In this document: one piece after another, positions 54,472 to 64,000 of the stretch
How positions within the stretch are numbered: position 1 is the stretch's first letter
How the letters are laid out: every line of letters starts with the position of its first letter
Assembly (NCBI RefSeq): GCF_009914755.1
Contig: NC_060940.1
DNA length: 64,000 bases
Strand: one strand, 5' to 3'
Source of the DNA: the human T2T-CHM13v2.0 reference genome, Homo sapiens
Notes under the pieces: generated by a model
Told to the model about the DNA's origin: nothing
Databases searched by the model: none
Seen by the model: only the letters and a program-made list of their open reading frames with translations
Translations under genes and position numbers: made by a program

Positions 54472-54796
54472 GGCTGGGCATGGTGGCTCATGCCTATAAT
54501 CCCAGCACTTTGGGAGTCTTGCATAATACTACTATACCAGCAGTGCTGTTGAATCCTAGCACTTTGGGAGGTCAAGGCAGGAGGATTGCTTGAGGCTAGG
54601 AGTTCAAGATCAGCCTGGAAAACTAAGGGAGACCCCATCTCTACAATAATAAAATAAAAATTAGCCAGGCATGGAGGTGCATGCCTGTTTTCCTAGCTAC
54701 TCAAGAGGCTGAGAGAGGAGGATTGCTTGAGCCTAGAAAGACGAGGCTGAGGTAAGCTATGACTGTGCCATTGAACTCCAAAATAAATAAATAAAT
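54472..54796 (+). mobile_element. AluJ with an internal insertion plus duplication and a shortened 3' end
   Basis: TSD-like aaatg(t/c)tcta(g/t)gagat; see findings. Confidence 0.88.
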
Positions 54797-55410
54797 AAAT
54801 GCTCTATGAGATAATTGGACAATACATTAGGCAGGATGAAGATGGTGCAAAGAGCAAAGGGATGACATATTAGAACTCTGGAATTCTCATCTCATGACTA
54901 AAACATGAACATCTCTGTTCCATTGTGTTGAATGTTCATGGAAAACAGAGATACCAAATTTGTGGTTCATCTTGGCGCTATTTATCTTGTCCATAACATA
55001 CATCATCATGCAATCAAATTTTCTTTCCCCTAGAGGCTAGATACAGCCTTTGAATCCTTCTTAACACAGTGATACAAGAAACTAGTCCCAAATGATCAGA
55101 GGTGGCATGACAGATAAAACACTGGCAAATCCCTGACCTAAGATTTTGCTTAGAAAATGATTCCTTTGCAAAATAAATACATAGGAAAAAAAACATTTTG
55201 TATTAAAAAAACAAAACTGCTGTACTAATCACTTAAAATCCTTCTACAACCTTGATTCTTGTTTATGTTCTTTAAGCCCCAGGAATACTAGCCTCTTTAT
55301 CTGTTTCTAGACCTACCATCACTTCTCCCTACTCTCACTAAGTCATTGTCTAACGTGTTACTTGCTCATATAATTCTGCTGAAATGGGCCTCCTTTTTGG
55401 CCACAGAATA

Positions 55411-56124
55411 TGAAAACCACCATTGCAGAATTGTAACTGAGACAGTGACAGAGATCTGACCTGGCCGACTTCATCTTCCTTCTAATCACCAAGCTGTACT
55501 TGCTCATTCCTGGGCATAGGCCAAACTAACTTTGGGAGGAAATTAGTTCAAAATTTGAAACAAAGATAATAGCCTTTTTCCAAAGGAAACTCCCTTCTTG
55601 CCAGGGAACTAGATTGCCTTTGTAGGACTAACAAATTGGGCAAGAGATTAGAAATTATGGTTTTGGAGTCATACAGCTAAAGGCCACAAGATTCTGACCC
55701 TCCCCAGATTGTTCCTGGGGATGGCATCACTATTGCAAAACCTAAGATCAGTGCTTGAGATGTTTTGCAGACCCTCCACTTGATGGATCAGCTTGCACCA
55801 CCCACATTGATAAACTGGCTCATCTGATCTTGTGACCCCCACCCAGGAACTGACTCAGCACAAGAGGACAGCTTTGACTCCCTATAATTTCATCTCCAAC
55901 CCAACCAATCGGCACTTCTTGACTCAGTCTCCCCACTCCCCCTGAAATTGTCCTTAAAAACTCATCCCGCAATGCTCAGGGAGACTGATATTTGAGTAAT
56001 AATAAAACTCCAGCTTCCCCAGTAGCTGGCTCTGTGTGAATTACTCCTTCTCTATTGGAATTCCCCAGTCTTGATAAATTGGCTGTCTAGGTAGAGGGCA
56101 GGGTGAACTCGTTGGGCAGTTTCA
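55411..56124 (+). mobile_element. LTR8 solo LTR (ERV1)
   Basis: 'gagatctgacct...cattcctgggcataggccaaactaactttgggagg'; TG...CA termini; TSD AATA. Confidence 0.9.
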
Positions 56125-57852
56125 AATATAGGTGACCAACTTAGAGGGGTTTTGGAAATTCTTCTTGTTCTGACTACAAAACAACAGGTCCCCATCAATG
56201 CTAAAACCTGGGTTTCTTAAAACACACATACTTCCCTTAATGTTAAATGCCTCATGGAATCTCTCTTGCCATCTTTACTTTTACATGCTAGATAATTTCT
56301 GTCTGGAGTCTCTGCCCCCGCCACCCAAAAAAATAATCCTATACCTTCCTAATCATTTTGTTTTTAAACCTAAGTAACTTTGTTTTATCTCTGAAAGTTC
56401 TTGCTTTGACCCTCTGCTACAGTGCTTTTTGGACCGTTCTCTCTTTTGTTAACAGCATTCCACCCAGGGAGCACTCACCTTGGAGCCCTTATTACCTGTG
56501 TGTGTTTTCATTCATTTTGGTTTATGTTTCATTGTTTTGTTTCATGTTTTCATCTATCTCTTCCACTGATCAGTAGAACTCTTGATAGGAAGGGCAGTTC
56601 CAGATCTTCAAATATTTCCCCAGGTTCCTGCCTATTACACAGTAAATGGTAAATACATGTACGCATGCAAGCATGTAACAATGAGCTGTGTAGTGCAAAA
56701 AATAGAAAAACCCTTGGATCCAAAGTCTTCACTGAACTATTTACAAACAAGCCAAAAAGAAACTTCTGAATTTTTAATTACTGCCTCAATATGTCACCAG
56801 GATAATGCTTATTCCTGTTGGTTTTGTGGAACAGAAAAATACATGGCTGTTGGATGGCATTACTTTGTCTAGGTCTTGATAGAATCTGAATAACTGAGTA
56901 GAGACTAACCTTCTGAGGTAACACATGTTGCTTAGATTTCAATTTGCACTGTCACCAACTGACATTTATTAAAAGCCTACCATGTGCTAGGAACTGGAAT
57001 ATGTCCACTTCCACCTGTATGGTATTTGGTTGTTAATACACCAATTTTATGTCCATTACCTTAGATCAGTTTTCATAAGCCTCAAAGCTGTCAGGAGGAA
57101 AGAGCGGGAGGCTTCTTTTCAGTTAAGAAGAGTAAGTTCAAGAGAGGGTAAAAGATTTGCCTTAGACCTATAAAATGAATACAAGTTAAGCTTTGCCCTC
57201 AAGGAACATCAACTCTACTGGAAGATCCAGATAGGTAAAATGAAAATACAAATTTAGTGTAATAATGGTAGTAAATGCCAGGAAAATTGGGGAGAATAGC
57301 AGGAAATTAACCCATTCTAGAGTTAAAAAAAATGTTTCTTAGAATTGAAAAGGCCCTTCCGAATGGGCTCTCAGAAACCATTAGAAGTTTGCTAGGGGAG
57401 AATTTAGATCAGGAATATTAAAGACTGAGGAGCAAAGCTTCAATTGTTGGAAGCAAGAGAAAAATGTTCTATTTAGGCAAATTCCCTTAGGTCAATGGAC
57501 ATAACCCCTAAAGTGAGATTGCAGCTCAGTAGGAGGTGCAATAAGAGAAATAACTAAGAATAAGATCATTTTTTGCCAAGCTGTACTTGGACTTTATCTT
57601 GTGTGAACATACAATTAGCATTATGAAGAGCACACTGGAGCAGGATAAGTAATTGTAAGACCACCAATTGCAATAATCTCAGCAAGAAATTATAGTTATC
57701 TACTTTAGTCTCATGAAAATGAAAATAAAATTGTTTTGCTGTTTATGTAAAGGCAATTTGTCCTTAATTGAAGAGGGACAGGCGAGAAAATTTCCTTAAG
57801 AAAAAATAAAAATTTCAAAGTGAATGAGAGCAGGGAAGAGTGGTGAGTCCTG

Positions 57853-57899
57853 ATATAAATATAAATATAAATATAAATATAAATATAAATATATATATA
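57853..57899. repeat. (ATATAA)n then (TA)n
   Basis: Directly visible. Confidence 0.9.
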
Positions 57900-58241
57900 G
57901 CACAGGGAAAGGCTGAGACTTGGAGGAAAATATATTTGAAGCAAAGATGCCATCAAAAAGACCACTTAGGAGCAGGTGGCAGCAAGCAAGCTTTCTTGGA
58001 TTAAGATATTGCCAGTGGGGATGGGAAAAGGTTCATGGATACTAGTGATTCTCAAATAGTCAAATTATCATAGCTGGTGATTGGTTACATGTATGTGGGT
58101 GGGAGAGTGAAATACTGAAAAGAGATAGAACTCAACAGGTTTCACACCAACGCCAGCATAAATAAACACTGACTTCTTATGGCAAGAAATGGGTTCTCCC
58201 AATGACTGCTTAATCTTTCACAGGACAAAAACAGACGCTCA

Positions 58242-58589
<348 letters not shown>

Positions 58590-59326
58590 TCATGCTTACC
58601 CATACTAACACAATAATTTTGGCAACATACTCCTGAAAAATTATATCATAAAATTAAGGACTTTACCCTTTTTAAAGGTGTTCCTCTTGTTCACATACTC
58701 AGTGCATGTAATTTTCCAGGTGTGGGGTGGGGAAACGTGCAGTGAATTCAAAGCATGCAGAGAAGCAATCGAGTCATAGATTAGGGAGAAACTCTAGACA
58801 GTATTAAGTTAAATCCTCACTTTTCACAAATGTGAAACTGAACATTCAGAGAGATAAAGTGATTCCAGAGCCATCATAAAACTTTTTATTCTTTAACAAG
58901 CATTTCAGTACTGCTTTAGTCATATGATAGTGAGTAAAGTATGTATTATTGAAAAACTTATTGTAAGGGCTCCGAATGCCTCAGGACCTCTTTGAAATGC
59001 CTCCATATTTATCAGTTTAAACTAAGTCATGCAATGGTAACAGACAATAAAACATCAGTGATTCGAACCAGAAACAGCTATTTCTTGTTCATATCATGAT
59101 ATGTAGGTGGGGGGCTCAGCTCCTCATTATGTTTGATCTGCCTTTGAGTGGGAGCCCTCTCTTAAATACTTTCACCTGAAGGAGGCCCATAGACTGTCCA
59201 CTCATGTCCTGTGGATAAGAGGATGCCCATGATCATGTCTGAATTGAAGACGCATAGTCTTCTCCTGGGGCTGGAAACAGGAGAACTGGAGAAGTGCGAA
59301 TGTGTCTGAGTAGCATAAATACTTAG

Positions 59327-59687
<361 letters not shown>

Positions 59688-61194
59688 ATCTTCAAATCTT
59701 ATATCACATCAGAGTCAAGATTGTGGTACCCAGAGTTGGCAAAATCAAGTAAATAATTTATCCTGTAGAATTCCGTAATAGATATTTTTATTTGCGTGCA
59801 TTCTCTTGAACCATAGAAGTGTTCATGGAAAGAGAGTTGTAGAATAACAGAAGGAGAACTTATGAAGACAGTGTCTTACTTCTTATATCCCCAAGGACCA
59901 GGCCATAATTACCTGAGATCCAGATTACTCTAGAACTGATGAAAAGAGTTTAAACAGAGGATATAAGTTAAAATGCCTGGGGTCCTTTTAATATTTCCTG
60001 ACAAATACGGAAGTGAGGACCAAGTCCTCACTTGTCCTGGGCTTCCCACAAGGAAGACACCAAAACAATACTTCACACACACAGTTCCTTGACATATTTG
60101 ACTGGTGAGAGCAAATAACAAATGACAAGAGCTCCTGACATATTTTTTGAGGACTGAAGCAGGTGGGGATCATGATGTGGGAGCTGGCAGGTATGCACTC
60201 CAGGTAGTTGTCACTGACAGAGCCTGAGGGCTTAAGGTACGATAGGAAGAAGGAGATGACCATCAGGGCAGATATTTATTTTAAAGAAAGGAAGGGCGGT
60301 ATGAGAAAGGAGCAGACACTTGCCACAGAAGGCACATTAGCAACTGCCCAGAGTGTCCTCATTCATGTTACCAGCCTCTGGATATTTTTTAATACTTTGC
60401 ACTCTCTAATTTTGCCATTTGATCTCATTTTCCAACCCTAATTATTCTCTCAATTCTTTCCACCAAATTCTGCAAGCCTGGTTCAAACTTTAAAAAGGTT
60501 AAACTCTTTCTCCTCTATCATATCCAAAGGCCAAAGCATTCTGACAAATGAAATAACACAGGTATCTAGATGTAGATTTGTAACTACAACTAATCTATCT
60601 TGTCATATCCATTCAATTTTTATTTAACTTTTACTGTGGGCTGAGCATTAAAATTTTGAAAAAAAGAGAAAAAAATTTCTGCCTGAGCAGAAATTCTGGG
60701 AGCCTCTGTCAACTCTTTTATTCCCCAGAGAGAAGCAAGCAGCTGTGTTTTCTTCGTTCACTTGCTCTGTGCTAAGCAGGAGGACCAATGGTATTTGCCA
60801 GCCCAAGCCACTGCATTCATTCTCCTCAAGGATACTAGACTCAACCAAACCCATCAGAGCACCAACTGGCAAGACAGAGGCCAGTTTTGGGGGAGTTCTT
60901 TTGGAAAATGTGGGATGACAGATGCAGAAACCAATGCCTTCCCTTCCCTAGGTGAAGCTGGGACCTGGGGGGTCTCCTCCTGATCATATGATGCTTATTG
61001 GGGTCAGGATATCTGGCAAGAGGGTGTGAAAATCTCGCTGCCTCCTTTGATGAGTTTGGTTTTATTCTCCCAGGGTGCAAGAAACTTTCAACTAGTTTCT
61101 GATTTCTCACAAAGGGAATTTGTCTGTGAATTGTTGATGAATTGATGTGCTGGTGGTGGGGAGGGGAGTTCCAGGGCTTCTGATTCTATCTCGC

Positions 61195-63620
61195 TGACAT
61201 TACAACTGAAGACACAGAAATGAAAAGGACTCATATTATGAACAATTACACACCAACAAACTGGATAACATAGAAGTAATGGATAAGTTCCTAAAAATAT
61301 ACACATTACCAGGACTAAATCAAGACAAAATAGAGTTTGAGCAAATCTATAAATAGTATGGAGATTGATTCGGTAACCAAAAACCTCCCAACAAAGAAAA
61401 CCTAAGGACCAGATAGCTTCACTGAAGAATTCTACCGAGCATTAAAAAAAAAAAAAAAAGAAAAAATTAATGCCAGTACTTCTCAAACTCTTCTAAAATA
61501 TTTGAAGAGGAAGGACACATGCAAACTCATTAAACTGATACCAAAGCCAGATAAAGACAAGAGAAAAGAAAGGTACAAGTCATTATCCCTGATGAATATA
61601 TGCAAAAATATTCAACAAAATACTAGCAAGCTGAATCCAAGAATCATACAACATGACCAAGTGGGATTTACTTCTGAGATGCAAGGATGGTGAAAGTATG
61701 GAAATCAATTAATGTAATACACCACATTAACAGAATAGAGGATAAAAAATTACATCATTTCAAAAGATGCAGAAAAAGAGTTTGTCAAAATCAAACAATC
61801 TTTCATTATAAAAACTCTCAACAAACTAGAAATAGAAAGACATGACCTCAAAATAGTAAAGATCAAAAATGAAAACTTACAGCTAACATCATAATCAAGT
61901 GCGAAAAACTGAAACTTTTTTTTTTTTTTGCCTAAGGTCAGGAACAAGGGAAAGAAGCCCACTCTCATCACTTCTGTTCAATGTGGTATTGGCAGTCTTC
62001 AGTAGAGCAATTAGGAAGGAAAAGAAACAAAAGTGATACAAATCGGAAAGAAGAAGTAAAATTGTCCATCTTCGCAGACAACACAATCTTATATAAACAG
62101 AAAATCCTTAATACTCCATTTTAAAAAAAGTTAGAAATCATAAACAATTTTGGTAAAGTTACAGGATACAAAATCAACAAACAAAAATCAGTGTTTTTTT
62201 CTGTACAGTAACAATGAACTGTCTAAAAAGGAAATTAGAAAAACAATCGCAATTATAATGGCACCAAAAGAAATAAAATGCCTAACACTAACACTAAACT
62301 TCACTAAGGCGGTATGTCTTAGTCTGTTCTCGTACTGCTATAAAGAACTACCTGAGACTGGGTAATTTATAAAGAAAAGAAGTTTAATTGATTCACAGTT
62401 CCACATGCCTGGGGAGGCCTCAGGAAACTTACAATCATGGTGGAAGGGGAAGCAGGCACATCTTACACAGAAGCAGGTGAGAGAGAGAGATTGTGTGTGA
62501 GAAGGAGAACTGTCAAGCACTTGTATAACCATCAGATCTTGTGATAACTCACTATCGTGAGAACAGCATGGGGGAATCTGCCCCCAAGATCCAATCATCT
62601 CCCACCAGGTCCCTCCCTGGACACATGGGGATTATGGGGATTATAATTTGAGACAAGATTTGAATGGGGACACAGAGCCAAACCATATCATAGGTAAAAG
62701 AAAGACCTGTACATGGAAAACTACAAAATATTGATGAAAAAATTAGACAAAGCACACACAAATGGGAAGTCCTCCTGTGTTGATGGATTGGAAGATATAA
62801 TAGTGTTAACATGTTCATGCTATGGAAGATGATCTACAAATTCAATGCAGTCTCTCTCAAAACCACAATGTTATTTTTCACGGAAATAGAAAATAAAATT
62901 CTAAAAATCCTGTGAAATCATGAAAGACCACAAAATAGCCAAATCATTTTTGAAAAAGAAGAACAAAGCTAGAAGCATCAAATTTCCTGATTTCAAAATA
63001 TATTACAAAGCTGCAGTAATAAAAACATAATTGTAGTAGCACAAAGACAGACAAATAGATGAATGGAACAGAGTGGAGGGCCCATAAATAAATTCATGCA
63101 TTTACAGTCAACTGTTCTCTGATAAAGGGCCCAAGAACACCCAATGAGGAAATAATAGTCTTTTCAAAATAACGGTATTGGGAAAACTGGATATCTGCAT
63201 GCAAAGGAATGGAATTAGAACCTTATCTTGCACCACAAACAAAAATCAACTCAAAATGAATTAAAGACTGAAATATAAGACCTGAAACTGTAAGACCTCT
63301 AGAATAAAACATAAGGGAAAATTTCATGATGTTGGTTTTAGCAATGACCTTGTGAACAAGACACCAAAAACACATATGAGAAAAACAAAAATAAACAAGT
63401 AGAATGATATCAAACTGAAAAGTTCTGCACAGTAAAAGAAACAAACAGTAATAGAGTGAAAAGGCAACCTACAGAATGGGAGAACATAGTTGCAAATCAC
63501 TCATCTGCTAAGGGGTTAATCTCTGAAATATATAAGGGACTCTTACAACTCAATAGTAAAAAAAAATTTAATAACAATTAAAAATGGGCTATAACCTTGA
63601 ATAGACACTTCTCAAAGAAG
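61195..63620 (+). mobile_element. L1M ORF2 (RT region), degenerate and interrupted by THE1
   Basis: 'ggaccagatagcttcactgaagaattctacc', 'catgaccaagtgggattt', 'gatgcagaaaaagagtttg', 'ggcaacctacagaatgggaga'. Confidence 0.9.
62315..62690 (-). mobile_element. THE1 (C/D-like) solo LTR nested in the L1
   Basis: 'ctgagactgggtaatttataaagaaaaga...ggaggcctcaggaaacttacaatcatgg...gccaaaccatatca'. Confidence 0.9.
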
Positions 63621-64000
63621 GCATGGATATATTTGTACAACAACTTGAAGTCTATAAATTCCATGAAGGATAGGACAGAAAACCTCTATCTAAAACACTT
63701 AATATGACTGGGACTTAGCATTCAATGAACACTTTATGAATGAATGAATTATTAAATTAATTAGAGTATTACAGTGGGCAAATATAAAACAGCTCCCCAA
63801 GAAAGATGTTCTCAGTGCAGTGCTCCACACTGCGATTTGAAGCTCGCCTTCACAAACGTGGCTTTGTAATCCCCAGATAATACTTTCTGCTTGTATCTGA
63901 CAGCCCCCAGTCCTTTGCAGAAAATGCTACACCCTTCATGAGCCCCAGTACTCTGTTCTGGCATCCTGACAGCCCTAGATTTAAATCAATAAAATTTTCC

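Overview
This is AT-rich, CpG-poor primate (probably human) genomic DNA with the look of intergenic sequence or a very long intron. I found no credible protein-coding gene, tRNA or rRNA, CpG island or prokaryotic system. The supplied ORFs come from Alu, L1, LTR or low-complexity sequence, or are short chance ORFs. Much of the window is interspersed repeat: 16 Alu/FLAM copies, old L1 fragments, many solo LTRs (LTR12, two LTR8-family, MER41A, MER50-like, MER21, THE1, MST, MLT), hAT elements (MER1B, MER20), L2/MIR relics, microsatellites and a ~1.3 kb polypurine tract. Subfamily names come from remembered consensus sequences and need RepeatMasker/Dfam confirmation. The most unusual structure is a complex local duplication: 5343-6073 copies 9611-10337, and 6070-6298 repeats 5118-5345, with microhomology at both junctions. 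The copied block includes part of a twin-primed, 5'-inverted L1. There are also a few strong + strand splice-signal configurations, including a possible recursive splice site or 9-nt microexon near 31121. I cannot support a genuinely new biological system here.
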